Below, piece after piece: positions 14,036 to 29,780 of a DNA stretch of 64,000 nt; position 1 is the first letter of the stretch, and each line of letters starts with the position of its first letter. This DNA comes from Eledone cirrhosa. Its lineage: Eukaryota. The position numbers were made by a program, and so were the translations under genes. The stretch is from contig OZ024744.1 of assembly GCA_964016885.1 (NCBI GenBank), positions 85,870,001 through 85,934,000 on the forward strand, read 5' to 3'. The notes under the pieces were generated by a model that did no database searches, had not been told where the DNA came from, and saw only the letters and a list, made by a program, of their open reading frames with translations.

Positions 14036-14239
14036 CAAAGAAATTGTGGTAAGGAACCAGATGGACAATAACGCACCAGAGTACTCAATACTTAGGGTAG
14101 TAGAGTGGGAAATAGGAAAAAAGTATGAGCCCGACGGCAGAGCTCATGCCCTTTCGACAGCTATTTCTGGACTAATTTAGTCCATGAAATAGCCGTCGAA
14201 ACGGCTTGAGCTCTGCCGTCGGGTTCATACTTCTTCCTT

Positions 14240-14243
<4 letters not shown>
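14033..14243. mobile_element. Family C pLTR-like module with palindrome
   Basis: Arms ~14121-14176 and ~14178-14233, flanked by (AT)n. Homologs at 32365-32530, 39770-39945 and 58592-58656. Confidence 0.7.
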
Positions 14244-14300
<57 letters not shown>

Positions 14301-14627
14301 ATATATGCATTATACGCGTGTGAGCATACATGTGCTCAATGCGACAATCAGAATGAATTTTTGTAGTCAACTGTACATATACAAATAAACAGATTATGCA
14401 CGTAACGAATGGTCTTATGTAAATATAGATATAGTAACAATAGGTAGGTTCACCATTATAGCCATACCTTTTTAATTGATTATATTTATGGGAATAGATG
14501 TAGTAATAATATTATGATTATATTATCATTAATAACTAAAAAACAATGTTCATACAGCGCCATGATTCATTGCGCAAATATTAGATTGGCGGTACACACA
14601 GAGACCTTATACCTTATATATCCACAC

Positions 14628-14698
<71 letters not shown>

Positions 14699-14832
14699 AT
14701 ATTATATATATATATATATATAAGCTCCGGAATACATACATATACACACACACACAGCCACACACATACACACATATATATATGTATATATAAATATATA
14801 CATATATATACATATATATATACTTTTATATA

Positions 14833-14867
<35 letters not shown>

Positions 14868-14868
14868 T

Positions 14869-15000
<132 letters not shown>

Positions 15001-15058
15001 TATATACACACCATACATATATATATATACATATACATACATATATATATATATACAT

Positions 15059-15091
<33 letters not shown>

Positions 15092-15154
15092 CATATATAT
15101 ACATACATATTTACATATACACACACACACTTATATATGTATATATATATATAT

Positions 15155-15185
<31 letters not shown>

Positions 15186-15200
15186 CACACACATACACAC

Positions 15201-15231
<31 letters not shown>

Positions 15232-15248
15232 CACATACATATATATAT

Positions 15249-15285
<37 letters not shown>

Positions 15286-15660
15286 CATACATATTCATAT
15301 ATATACCCACTTGTATATGTACATATAAGAATTAATATTTATTTATACGCAGATTAATACATGCACCTTACTTAAATAAATGCACAGATGATATATAAAT
15401 GCACATTCACACGCGCATGCTCAAATATTTAACTACGTATGCATATCTTTGTATATGTTTATATCTGTGGTGTGTATGCGTTTAATCATTATACATAATT
15501 ATATGTATTCGTGTATATGAAACGAAAAATTATAGAGCCTAGGAGAATATGAGCGTGGCTCTAGAAACAGTGTAGTGAGAAAGAGCATATGTAATTAATT
15601 CAATTGCAGTTTAATAGAGAGGTTTTCAAATATGTGGAATGATGTGTTGTAGAGTCATTA

Positions 15661-16222
15661 TTAGTGGATTGGCAGTATCGGTAGAGGGTCGGACGCCATG
15701 CTTTCCAGCATAGTTACGTCCCTTTATGATCTGAGTTCAAATCTCGCCGAGGTTAACTTTGCCTTTCATCCTTACGGGGTCGATAAAATAAAGTACCAGT
15801 AATGCACTGGATAATTTGCTGGCCTTGTGCCTAAAGTAGAAACAATTATTAGTGGATTGGCAGTATCGGTAGAGGGTCGGACGCCATGCTTTCCAGCATA
15901 GTTACGTCTATTTACGATCTGAGTTCAAATCCCACCGAGGTTGACTTTGCCTTTCATCCTTTCGGGGTTGATAAAATAAAGTACCAGTAATGCACTGGTT
16001 AATTGCTGGCCTTGTGCCTAAAGTAGAAACAATTATTAGTGGATTGGCAGTATCGGTAGAGGGTCGGACGCCATGCTTTCCAGCATAGTTACGTCCCTTT
16101 ACGATCTGAGTTCAAATCCCACCGAGGTTGACTTTACCTTTCATCCTTACGGGTTAGATAAAGTAAAGTACCAGTAATGCACCGGAAAATTGCTGGCCTT
16201 GTGCCAAAAAATAGAAACAATT
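15661..16222 (+). mobile_element. Head-to-tail trimer of SINE S1
   Basis: TTAGTGGATTGGCAGTATCGG recurs at 15661, 15849 and 16036 (period 187-188). Confidence 0.9.
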
Positions 16223-16310
16223 ATTTTCTTAGACTAAATAATGTATTGTTTACAGATAAACAAGTATATATGAGGTTTATATTAAAAATAAGAATTATTA
16301 ATCCCACTCA

Positions 16311-16530
16311 GGGCGGTGAATTGACAGTATGGGTAGAGCGTCAGGCATCATGCTTTACAACATAAAGTTACGTCCCTTTACAGTCTGAGTTCAAACCTTG
16401 CCGCGGTTAACTTTACATTTCATCCTTACAGTGTCGATACAATAAAGCACCACTAACATACTGGGGTCGATTTAATCGACTTTTCACTTCCTCCAAATTA
16501 CTTGCCTTGTGTCTATACGAGAAATCATCA
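16311..16530 (+). mobile_element. SINE S1 long-tail variant
   Basis: Same head and core plus a GGGGTCGATTTAATCGAC segment, also seen at 40960-40985. Confidence 0.8.
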
Positions 16531-16975
16531 TAAATCCCACTCCGACCCCTCGAATTTGCTTGAAATAGCAGACATGACTAATCGTAATCAATCCAATCAA
16601 GATACATATCTCATTTTATTAAGAAGATCGCTTATAATTACTTTTTAATTACTTAGTCATGGATGGAGTGTAACTGAAAATAAAAAAAAGCGTGACAACA
16701 GCGGTAGATTGATCTAAGGGTCAACGTGCTTCTCAATCAGAATTGAAGTATATTAACAACAACAAAAAGAACAACAGGAAAACAACTACTTCAGTAATTT
16801 ATTTGTGACCACGTGAGGGTGCCTCGTTATGGCTGCTCGATCTCCTAAAAAAGTAACAACCAAGTTTCCTGCTTAGAACATTGACCCTTTAAAAAAATAA
16901 AGTAAAAGTAAAACAACAAAAAAGAAACAAGCAATCAAACCTGTAAGCATATCCTGCAATATTTGCTCATAAATA

Positions 16976-17156
16976 TAATTGCTTCTAGTTTTGGCACAAG
17001 GCCAGCAATTATCTCAGTAAATTACTGGTACTTTATTTTATCGACATAGTAAGAATGAAAGGCAGAGTTAACCTCGGCGGGATTTGAAAACAGATCGTAA
17101 AGGGGCGAAACTCCTTGCGTCAAAGCATGGCATCCAACCCTCTACCGATACTGCCG
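16976..17156 (-). mobile_element. SINE S1
   Basis: Reverse complement match to the S1 family. Confidence 0.8.
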
Positions 17157-17605
17157 AAAACAAACAGTGTGATGGTCATGTCTTTGATGGGGGAATATCT
17201 TTGATTAATGGTCTGATTAATAGAAGGCGAGCTGAGGCCAAATAACAACAACAACAACAACCACACCCACAACCACAACAACCTCACCAACAATAACAAC
17301 AACAACCACACCTACAACTACAACAACAACAACAACACCCCCAATAACAACAAAAACCACACCCACAACCACAACCACAACCACAATCACAACCACAACC
17401 ACAACAATACAATCGAATTCGACGAAAACCACAACCATTACAACAACAAAAACTAACACCCTATCTTTTACAGTTATTAATGTGATGCTGAATTCATATA
17501 GAAAAAAAAGGAATGCTTTATAGAAAAAGAAAATATGAACGATTCAGCCTATTATAAAATTATTGTATCCGGCAGAAGATATCTTACAGTATGTATGTAC
17601 TAAAG

Positions 17606-18464
17606 CAGGGGTGTGCAACAGGCGGTCCAGGCGCCACAATACAGCCCCCCAGACCAGTCAGTGTGGCCCGCGATGACCATTTTTAATTTTTATCTTGTAG
17701 GCTTATTTAGAATTTTTTTCGTAACCGTAATACAATTTTCTGTTAGTTAACCTATACTAAAGGGCTTCACTGATAGGGTTATGTGTGTTATAATTTCCCA
17801 GTTCTATGTTATGGAAAGAAGATGTGGTGAATCTTTGGAATAGTGCTTAACAAATATTAATGGCCCTACTAGTTGTTCTGATAGGGTTATGTGTGTTATA
17901 ATTTCCCAGTTCCATGTTATGGAAAGAAGATGTGGTGAATCTTTGGAATAGTGCTTAATAAATATTAATGGCCATAATAGTTGTTCTGATAGGGTTATGT
18001 GTGTTATAATTTCCCAGTTCCATGTTATGGAAAGAAGATGTGGTGAATCTTTGGAATAGTGCTTAATAAATATTAATGGCCATAATAGTTGTTCTGATAG
18101 GGTTATGTGTGTTATAATTTCCCAGTTCCATGTTATGGAAAGAAGATGTGGTGAATCTTTGGAATAGTGCTTAATAAATATTAATGGCCATAATAGTTGT
18201 TCTGATAGGGTTATGTGTGTTATAATTTCCCAGTATCATGTTATGGAAAGAAGATGTGGTGAATCTTTGGAATAGTGCTTAATAAATATTAATGGCCATA
18301 ATAGTTGTTCTGATAGGGTTATGTGTGTTATAATTTCCCAGTATCATGTTATGGAAAGAAGTTGTGGTGAATCTTTGGAATAGTGCTTAACAAATATTAA
18401 TGGCCTTAATAGTTGTTTCAATGTTCAAAAGTGGCCCGCCAATGGAATATGTTGCACACACCTG
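17606..18464. mobile_element. hAT-superfamily MITE
   Basis: TIRs CAGGGGTGTGCAAC / GTTGCACACACCTG, perfect 8-bp TSD TACTAAAG (17598-17605 and 18465-18472), subterminal GGCCCGC motifs. Confidence 0.9.
17770..18417. repeat. 6 x 108-bp tandem array inside the MITE
   Basis: CTGATAGGGTTATGTG... starts at 17770, 17878, 17986, 18094, 18202 and 18310. Confidence 0.97.
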
Positions 18465-18922
18465 TACTAAAGTATAGATGCCTACATGTACGTATCAAGT
18501 AGAGTTGGAAATACCAGGTTGGTATCCAACGTGCTGTAAAAACACTATGAGTGAAATCATTTATTAGCTTTCGTTAAAGAATGTGTCTAGGAGAAGATTA
18601 TTCTTATGTAAAACCTATTGTGCAGGGATAGACCGTCACCATCTTGGAGATCATTAAGGTCAACTAAAGATCGTGACATTTCTAGACCATCACACCCGTG
18701 AAACTGTAACCTTTATTGGCACAAGATAACTTACTTCGGCTCATGGCTGGATTATGCGAATAGAGGAAAGGTTTTACGAGGTGTTGTGAAGTATATATAT
18801 GATCTAAAATTTCGCCACGTTAGTCAAGACTTTCCTGCCACATATTCTAAAGGAAATAATAGTCGACCTCAGTTACGAGTCAACGGTCACAATATCATTA
18901 CTTACAGCTTTTCAACCTATCT

Positions 18923-18997
<75 letters not shown>

Positions 18998-19015
18998 ATA
19001 TATATATATATATAA

Positions 19016-19071
<56 letters not shown>

Positions 19072-19073
19072 GA

Positions 19074-19105
<32 letters not shown>

Positions 19106-19154
19106 ATGTGTCTGCCCACACGCACCTGTGTATAGCTACTTATCTAGCTAGTTA

Positions 19155-20583
<1,429 letters not shown>

Positions 20584-20589
20584 TATATA

Positions 20590-20667
<78 letters not shown>

Positions 20668-20859
20668 CCGGATCGTTGGTAAGTTTTTGTAAAATTTTCT
20701 ATACAAAAACAGAATTTATTGTGTGAAAATTTATATTGTTTGATAGATTAACACCCAGGCTCAATTGTCAGCTGGGTGGTAGTCTCAGTTTTCGCCCCAC
20801 AGGGGCGGGCATTTTATTTGAAAAAGTTTTTCAAAAAATTAATATTTTTGCTATTGATA

Positions 20860-22892
20860 ATGGCTAGCTTAGTAAAAGCAACGCTACCGAACGCTAACGA
20901 AGAAAGTAGAGAGAGAAATGTAGAGAGTAACGTTACCGTAACTTCTGCCTACATAGGCATCACTATGGAGACAAATAGTGACAACAAAGTTTTGTTTTGC
21001 CAAGAAGCCGAAAATAGCAACTTACAAGATGGACCACACAACTTACAACAGACATAAAAAAAACAAAACAAAAATGAAACAATAGACACAAGTACAAACG
21101 GAAAAACCTACAACAACAACAACAAAAATAACTTTTACAGAAGTAGTCACAAATAATAATAATGTTACCTCTAACTCCGCATGTATTGGCGTCACCATGG
21201 AAACCAATATGGACAACAAAAATAAAAACAAAATCGAACCACACATGATGGTACAACAGACAGAAAAAAAACCCAGTAAATAAAACTATTGACACAACTA
21301 CAAACGGAAAATCCGACAACCACAACAACAACAACACAAAAAAATATTTTGCGCAAACAGTCATCAAGACACAAGAATTCAAGGATCTCGATATCTCCAA
21401 TGCGAAACAGATGCTCTCTGAAGCAAAGGAGTTTATCACTTTCGGTGACAACGGTGGATTTCAGATAAATTTACCCCCAGAAATTCGTCTGGAAACATTC
21501 CGAAGGACAATTACCGCCAGAACTGTTTCAAATGAAACAAAACGACCAGCATTCCTCAGTCAAGGGGAAATTGAGGCAACCTTGAAAGAGATATTGCCAG
21601 ACATTGACTTTAAGCAAAGGGCCAAACAGTACTGGAGTATTTCGGTACTCCTCAAAAGCGAGGCCCTTGCACACAGATACTCAGTGACGCCAATACTGTC
21701 ACAAAAATACACCTTTTTCCCTACATACCTGGGAAAAGGGACACAAAAAATTAGAGTTTCAAACATCCCAATATCCACCAAATATTAATAGTTAGTGGAT
21801 ATTGGCAGGATTTTTAGAGGAGTGAAAAGATACCATTCTCTCCATCAAAAAGTCAACCAGACACACCTGGTCTGGTACGAATTGGGAGATTCTGGTGTAA
21901 ATGAGCACGGAAAGAAACTCCAAAATATCAGAAAAAGTGCTGGTGGACAACAACAACCACATACACATTTCGGTGGAGGGATGAAAACCAAATTGCTTTC
22001 GTTGCAATAGCACCACACACCTACAGGCCTCCTTCCCTTTACAAATACGCTCAACCAAAAAAATACAAAAGAAAACACTGTTACCAACACAAACACCAAA
22101 ACAACCACCAACATAACAACAACACACGAAACAAGCAAACACACCAAAACAAACAGCCACTCAACCAACAACAACAGAAAAACCACAGATAATGCCCTTG
22201 AAGAACACAGCCCCACCCATACTACTCCATCAAACACTACCACAAACACACACACCGAAACAACACCATCACACAACATACCCCTACCCCACACTACTGA
22301 CGATGATTATTCATCGACAGATGAGGCTGCTTCTCCTTCTTTAAGTGAAGAAGAAGGAGGGCCTCGGAAATCTAAAAAACAAAAAAGGAGACACCACAAA
22401 ACCCCCAAAACTCCAATCACCAACACCAACACACAACCACAGACACAAACAACAACTCAAACAACACCACAGTCAAACATCCCCCTACAAGCAAAACCAA
22501 CACCAACACCACCCCAAACACAAGCACCCACCATAAAAAGAAAACTCCCGGACGAACAACAAATTAAAACAACACAACAAAAACACAAACAACAATACGC
22601 ATACATCAACGCAAACAACAAGAGTTTGATGGAGGTCAGCTCCCAAAACTCCAAGGTGGAGACGGAGGGCAAAACTTTCGTCAAATCAGATTCGTCTCCA
22701 CACCTTAAACTTATAAGGGTTTCTATGGAGACGTATAGTGACCTGAAAAATAAATTTTTGCAGGACGTGGGGAACCCCTGCCAGAAATCCATCCACCGCG
22801 TCCTGCTAAAATGTTTCCCCATCCCACCCAACACCCCCTCCAGCACCCAATTGGAGAATGAACATCTCGATCACCAGAAAACGAAAGGGTAA
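20860..22892 (+). pseudogene. Tx1 ORF1 (gag-like), frameshifted
   Basis: ATG at 20860, Thr/Gln/Lys-rich segments, KIRVSNIP and a CFRCNSTTH zinc-knuckle remnant near 21995-22035. Confidence 0.7.
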
Positions 22893-22934
22893 GTGCACCT
22901 TTTCGTCCTTTTTTTCCAACCCTTCTTCACCAAC

Positions 22935-25900
22935 ATGGCTAGTTTTCGAGCTGGAAGCGTGAATGTGCGTGGCCTAGGGATGCCCTGGAAACAGGGCCAA
23001 CTTTTATCGACCTAAAGTCACACGGTATGGATGTGATAGCCATTACCGTGTCCAGGATCCACAACAGGCAGCAACTAACCCCTATCTTCGACGACTTTGA
23101 GATCTAAGCATCTCTCTGTCAGCCTGGCGGTGGAGGGTGAGAGGCTATCATGTTTCGGAAGAACCTGGACGTCGAAGTACAGCAAGTGCACTCTGACCCG
23201 GAGGGTAGACTGGTAGACCTATACGTGAACTGTATTGGAGGTGGATCCTTCAGACTGGTGGCCGTTTATGCTCCGACCGGGCAATCGCAATCACGGCCAG
23301 ACTTCGTTAAGCGTCTAGAGTCTTTTCTGGGAACGTCTCGCTCCTTACTTTATCGTGGGACTGGAATGGTATCCTAGATGCACGATGGAACTATGTGGGA
23401 GCATGACCCAGTAGAGGGAGGTGCAACAGCCTCAACACTTTAATCGGCCAATTCCAACTGGCCGATAGGTATCGACTGGATTTCTCGACTGCACCACAGT
23501 GGTCGTGGCAAACCGCAGTGGGACATCTAGATCGTATTTAGATAGTTTCTTCATTAGAGAAAGCGACAAGGAGATGTTAAGCTGTCCACGAATGCACATG
23601 GTTGCCTATTCAGATCACAAATTAGTCGTCTGCATAGTCAACCGTGATAGAACACATAGACAGGGACCCGGATACTGGAAGCTGAACGTGTCGTTGCCGG
23701 CACGTAAAGCTTACAGTGAACGGATAAGTAGACAAGTCAAGCAACAGTTAACGGAGACATCGTCAACAATAGATGGTGGTACTCTCTCAAGAAAGCAATT
23801 AGAATAGAATCGATAGGGTTTAGCAGAGAGTTAGCCTTAGAGAAAAACAAAATAGAAAGAGAACTAATAGCCAAGGTAGAGGAGGCACTTAGAAGTGGCA
23901 ACGCGGCCAGAGTGTTAGCGTCGAGAACGGCACTGGACCAGTTCTTCGCTGCAAAACACGTAGGCTTGGTGGTCAGAAGCAAAATATGTGTTATAGGAAA
24001 CACGTGTTACCTGCGCCCGAGTGGTGGAGGCGAATATTGGCAACAAGTCCACGATTCGGTCTTTGAAAGACCAAAACGGACCCGTGCTGCTTGACCCCAA
24101 GCAAATGTGCGCGGTCTTTCAGCAGCACTTTGCGCGACTGTTTGAGCAGAACGACGGTGAGCCGAACGGGGCAATGGACTTTAGTTCATACCTCGACGGC
24201 CTGTCGCCTCTCTCGAACACGGACACCGAGTTCTACGAAAGACCGATCACGAACACTGAGATACAGGACGCTCTGGGCCGTTGCGAGAAACGCAAGTCAC
24301 TCGGTCTGGATGGTCTACCCTATGAGTTTTACATAGGCATGCCGGACTTGTTCTCTGGCGTCCTCTACTGCAATTGACAGGCAAGGGCGCAGTAACGCTG
24401 ATCAGGAAAGACGAGAACAAGGGGGACAAATTAACAACTTCAGGCCCATAACTCTGCTCAACACAGAGTTAAAGATTTTGTCCAAGGTGCTAGTGACGAG
24501 GTTGGCGCTTGTCGTCGAAAACCTGGTAGGGAAAGCGCAAACGTGTGCAATCCTGACCAGGTCCATACACGACAACCTCCACCTCATGCGATACATCATA
24601 GAGAGGGTGGGTAGTAAACCCGTCTTCGGTGGGGCTCTCGTCAATTTGGATCAGTCTATGGCATTCGATATGGTCGACCATCGATACTTGGAAGCGGTTC
24701 TCAAGGCGGCCTGTTTCGGTCTCGTTTTCAGAGGCTGGATCGAGGTGATGCACACCAGCATTTGCGCGAGGGTCAAGGAGAACGGCTACCTATCGGAGCC
24801 GTTCACAATCACGCGTTCCATTCGACAGGGATGCCCTCTCTCCTCCATTCTGTATGTATTGACTCTAGATCCACTACTGCGGAAATTGGAGCTGTTGCAG
24901 GGCATCCCTCTATAACCGGGACTGCGCAAAGCGGCGTCGGCTTATGCGGATGACGTGACAGTAATGGTGTCGAGCACCTCGGAAATCGGGGTGATCGGCA
25001 ACTTACTGAAAGAATACGAAACGCTGACGGGAGCAAAACTAAACCCGGACAAGACTGTCGGTTTGCAACTCGGTACGTGGAGAGGCAAACCGATGACGTC
25101 CGACAGCGTCGTTGGACGCTGGACGGACGTACCGTTGAAATTGCTCGGGGTCTAGTTCGGTCCAGACCTCCAGGTGGAGAAAAACAGGAACGAGGTCACG
25201 GCCAAGGTGTTTGCGCTCACCCAGAAGTGGGCAGAGTGCAAACTGTCCTTGAAAGGTCGAGCGGAGGTGGCGAACACTTTCATAACGTCCGTCATCTACT
25301 ACCGTTTGACTGTCATGCCTTGTCCCCGTGAACATCTCGCCAAGATGGAACGCATGCTCTTCCAGTTTCTGTGAAAGAAGCAGGCTCCGTGGTGTGGAAA
25401 TCCGTCTGCTCTCAGCACCCTTCCAACGGAGGGCTGGAATGCCGTGGCTGATGATGCGCAAACATGCGCTGAGGGTGCGGAATATCCAGGTATTCTTCAC
25501 CGACCCCAAACCGGTGTGGGCATCGTTTGTGAGACATGCTTTCCCGCAGCTCGTCTCGCTGACGGAGCTGCAGTCCTGAGTGAAGATAAGACAGAATATG
25601 TAGGCGCCTGGCAAATTGAATGCGCTCAGGCGCTCACAGTCCTTTGGCAATCGGGCACAGCAATCAGTGGAGACTACAATTCGACACTCTATAGAGTGAT
25701 CGTACGTTACAAGGGCGACGACGTGCTCGGAGAGACTCTGGGCGTCCAAGACGATGAGCTCACCAGTCTATTTGGTAGGACTTTCCTCCCGGGACCTATG
25801 GACAACTCCTAGAGGTCCCTGGCCTGGCAGTGCTACCGAGGAGCTCTACCTGTTGGTGACAAGATCTACAGGCACAGACGCCCCGGCAGGGATCCTTCCA

Positions 25901-26324
25901 AGAGGACGTGTCCAAGATGCGCGCAGGACATTGAAACACTCCTGCACGCTATTGTACATTGCCCGGGCGTAACCGACCTGTGGAGCTATGCAGAACAACT
26001 ATTGTCGCGTATGGGACAAATCCAGTTGATTGCGGAGTCCATAGTAAGGATCAAACCGCCAGCCTCTTTCAAAAACGAAAGAGAGGCGGTTTTCCTCTGT
26101 ACAGTGGCTATGCTGAAAGAGGTTATATGATGGACAAGATTGAGAGGACTCAGAACAGATGCCTTTCTCTCCGGTCAACAATTGATTCCCTTCTTTAAGT
26201 ATTACTTTAGTAGGAGAATCAGAGTGCAGAGAGAGGCACTGCACCCTAGTAAATATACTGAAAGGTGGGTGACTGTGGAAAAAATGACCGAGTGATTGGG
26301 CCTTCTCTGTTTATAAGCCTGTAG
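22935..26324 (+). pseudogene. Tx1 ORF2 (AP endonuclease + reverse transcriptase), disrupted
   Basis: SVNVRGL, AVYAP, SYLD, SDHKLV, GPGYWKLN, GLDGLPYEFY, NFRPITLLNTELKI, NLDQSMAFD, SIRQGCPLS, AYADD, CPRC...H...HC. Confidence 0.9.
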
Positions 26325-27092
26325 GTTGAAGAAGAGAGCAAAAGGAAGAAAGGGGCACTTGCACAACACGCTCCTGGAGTTGAGGGTTGTTCTATCGACG
26401 GGGTATTAAACAACCCATTTCTGGCGCCTCCCCCCTATTGGGGATTTCGATTGTTGTAATTGTTTGTTCTATATTTGTTACACGACTGTATGTAAAATCC
26501 CCGGCACGTCTTTGTATTGTCCCCTTTTCTTGTGCGCCCTTGTGGCAAATAAAGAAATCTATCTATCTATCTAACTATCTATCTATCTAACTATCTATCT
26601 ATCTATCCATCTATCTATCTATCAATCTACGTATCTTAAAAACTTCATTTATCTTCATAAATCTATAACAACATAATATATTTATCTTTATATCTTATAA
26701 ACTTGCCTGTACTCCATTATCAAAGAAAAACACACCTCTTCCCAAACCCAACGAACAAATAAAGTATGTTAAATACATAAAAAAACAAACATATGAACTG
26801 TTTGTTTGTCAGTAAACGTTTCGGCTAAATCACAGCCTAAGGGCAATGTTTCTTTTCGTCTGCAGATTGGCGCGGGGAGTTTGATGCCTGCTTTGTTTCT
26901 AATTCTTTTAATCAATGAACAGCCATTTTGGGACAGGGATACATACACTTAATTACCATATCACGATACAAATAAATAGACTATATTATTTACTTTTCTT
27001 TGCATAATCTTTTCTGTTTCTCCCTCTATTTCTCCCTATATATTCAAATATATACACCCATAGACATATATAACTACATGCGCATGAGTGTG

Positions 27093-27155
<63 letters not shown>

Positions 27156-27238
27156 CTACGTGTGTATGTGACTGAATATGTATGTATAGGCAAAGATATA
27201 AAGATATAATCATGAACAAGATGAAAAAAAGCGTTAGT

Positions 27239-27288
<50 letters not shown>

Positions 27289-27783
27289 CTAAAAAAAGTT
27301 ATCGCTGTACATGGCTGAATACAATAAATGTAATCTGAGTTTTTCGAATATTAATAATAATATTCGATTCATTTGCAATTATGCAAACAAGCTTTATTTT
27401 TAAAGCCATGTCAGTAGAATGAGCCCCTCATTCTTGCTCTTGTGTTGGCATGTAAACAGAATTGCAGACACTAATGTTTCTGGGCGATTACCCTTCATCA
27501 TTGCAGTTTACTGTTCACCTTCCAACTCTCAGAGCTATGGAAAATAAATATTTTCTAAAATATAGTGACTGATCGGTCTGATTTGCATATTAGCAGATCC
27601 CCTGATAAGCTAGATTTGCATATCAGCAGATAGGCCAGTCAGTTTCCTGTATACGAGCGATTAATGGCCGACTTTGCCATATTCAAATAGATAAAAAAAA
27701 TTATCGCTGTACATGGCTGAATACAATAAATGTAATCTGAGTTATTCGAATATTAATAATAATATTCGATTCGTTTGCAATTA
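27289..27783 (-). mobile_element. Family F pLTR-like module, 402-bp unit with partial direct repeat
   Basis: ATCGCTGTACATGGCTG... at 27301 and 27703. HHR on the minus strand at 27461-27507. Homolog at 34820-35140. Confidence 0.7.
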
Positions 27784-28095
27784 GTGGTTAGTGGCTTGCA
27801 ATTGAGAGGTTGTGAGTTCGATTCTCGGACCGGGTGATGCGTTGCGTCCTTGAGCAAGACACTTTATGTCACGTTGCTCCAGTTTACTTAGCTGTAGAAA
27901 TGAGTTGCGACGTCACTGGTACCAACCTTTATCGGTAATTGCCTTTCCCATGGACAACATCGATGGTGTGGAGAGAGAAGACTGGTATACATGGGTGACT
28001 GCTGGTCTTCCACAAAACAAACCTTGCCCAGGCTGGTGCCTTGGAGGGAAACTTTCTAGATGCAAAACCATGGTCATTCGTGACCGAGTGGGACC
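27783..28095 (+). mobile_element. tRNA-derived SINE S2
   Basis: AGTGGTTAG (A box), GAGTTCGATTC (B box) and a GTCCTTGAGCAAGACACTT central domain. Confidence 0.75.
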
Positions 28096-28109
28096 TTAGA
28101 ATATAGTCA

Positions 28110-29780
28110 AAATATTGGTCTTGGGTTGCAAATGTCAGCCCCCCCCCCCAACCTTTATTTCTTCATTTAGTATTGAGATTATGCACCATTCACAACTTTC
28201 TCCTTTGCGTCTTCTCTCTGTATTGTACCGTGGAGGGCCTTTTTCTCTCCATTTCACCTTCAGGACTTGTAATTCCATATTCCTGTGTTTTGCATGTTGT
28301 GTTAATATCTAAATTTATTTCAACCTGGTTTGATTAGGTTTTGTACTTCATTGGTTTTTTAAAAAGAAAAACCTATTTGTTTGTTTTCATATTTCATTAT
28401 TTTACTCATCAGTCACGATAATTCTTCTTTGTGTCTATGTCTACTTCGGGCTGGTGGCTTCGGTAATTTGTCAAAAGTTTCTTGCTTTTTCTTTATTTTA
28501 CTGCCTAAAATCCAGCCCCCTTAACTGCCAATTTATCATAATGAAGTTATAGTTTATAACTGGTATGGCTAGCGTATTTATACTTATCTTATCTTTTGCA
28601 TGTGTAGGCACGTGGCTTTGGGGTTAGGGTTTTTGGCTCACAATCATAAGGCACTGAGTTCAATTATCGGAGGTGCGTTGTGTCCTTGAGCAAGATACTT
28701 TATTTCACGTTGCTCCAGTTCACTTAGCTGGCAAAAAAATAAGATGTACATATTTTTCGGAGAGCCAGCCTTGTCACATTCCGTGTCACGCTGAATCTTC
28801 CTGGTTAAGGATACGTATGTTTGTGGAATGCTCAGTCACTTGCACATTAATTTCATGAGCAGGCTGTTATGTTGATCGGATCAATTGGATCACTCGTCCT
28901 TGTAACTGATGGAGTGCCAGCGTCTTTTGCATTGAGTTTAGTTTTAATATTCATTTATCTTCTCTGTAGTATTCTTTCCTAATTTTCGTTTTCCTTTCCT
29001 TGTGTTGCATTTTATATCTTTCGTTTAGTCCTAGTTATTGTGTGGGTGACTGTAATCTAAGTCTCTCAGTTTAGATTCTATATTGAGAGAAATATTCTCA
29101 GTGCTGGTTAATTTGCTTTTTCATACACATTTATCTAATCACAATTTCTACATATTTCACACATTTGTCTAATTCCTTATTCATCTGTATGCCATTGCTG
29201 CAGGTATGAACAATTTTAGGAGGTTTTCTACTTCGGCATTATCCATTGTAAAGATTTCAAAAAGATCTATATACTGGAGATAATATAGTTTATATTATGT
29301 TTATAACATCTACAATCCATGGTGGTTTCATTCATCACTTCTGTTAATGGAGTCAGAGCAGCAATAACAATCATAGGTGGAGATAGTGCTTCACCTTAGA
29401 ACATTTCTCTTTCTATGGATAGATTGTTACCTTGGATGGTCCTTTTCCTATTTTTCAAAGTTATGGAAGTTTTCAAATTTGTTATGATAGATTTCAACAG
29501 GGTTGTGATTCCTATATTTATGTATCAATGAGTGTGGAATACTGTCGCAGTTCTTGGTTGTTAATCGGGCCCTGGTGACATTTATTTTACTCTTTTTTAC
29601 AATCATCTATAACAGCCCGATTCACCAGAATCTCCTTTCTACAGCCATACATCGCTTTCTGACGCCATGATTTACTCTTGTGGTAGCATATTGTTGCCTT
29701 GTAGATTATTAATATGACGATTCTATTACTACGAGTACTACCAAGGATAAAGAGAAATAAAGAACGAATAGATCGTAGTA
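28110..29780 (-). pseudogene. Old R4/Dong-like LINE RT remnant interrupted by a SINE
   Basis: Minus-strand remnants DSIPHSLI, REMF*GEALSPP..AALTPL, VDVI and ATQDQ. Confidence 0.55.
28606..28922 (+). mobile_element. tRNA-derived SINE S2-like with a different tail
   Basis: Shares GCGTTGTGTCCTTGAGCAAGA..CTTTAT..CACGTTGCTCCAGTT with 27840-27885. Confidence 0.75.

Larger units (their letters stand above)
20668..26556 (+). mobile_element. Near full-length degenerate Tx1/L1-clade LINE
   Basis: 5' UTR, ORF1, ORF2 (APE-RT) and a 3' UTR ending AATAAAGAA. (ATCT)n tracts on both sides (20591-20667, 26557-26630). Confidence 0.9.

Noticed and set aside
17770-18417. 108-bp array as CRISPR or tandem retrozyme
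   Set aside because: There are no unique spacers, CTGATAG is not a hammerhead core, and the array lies within a hAT MITE.
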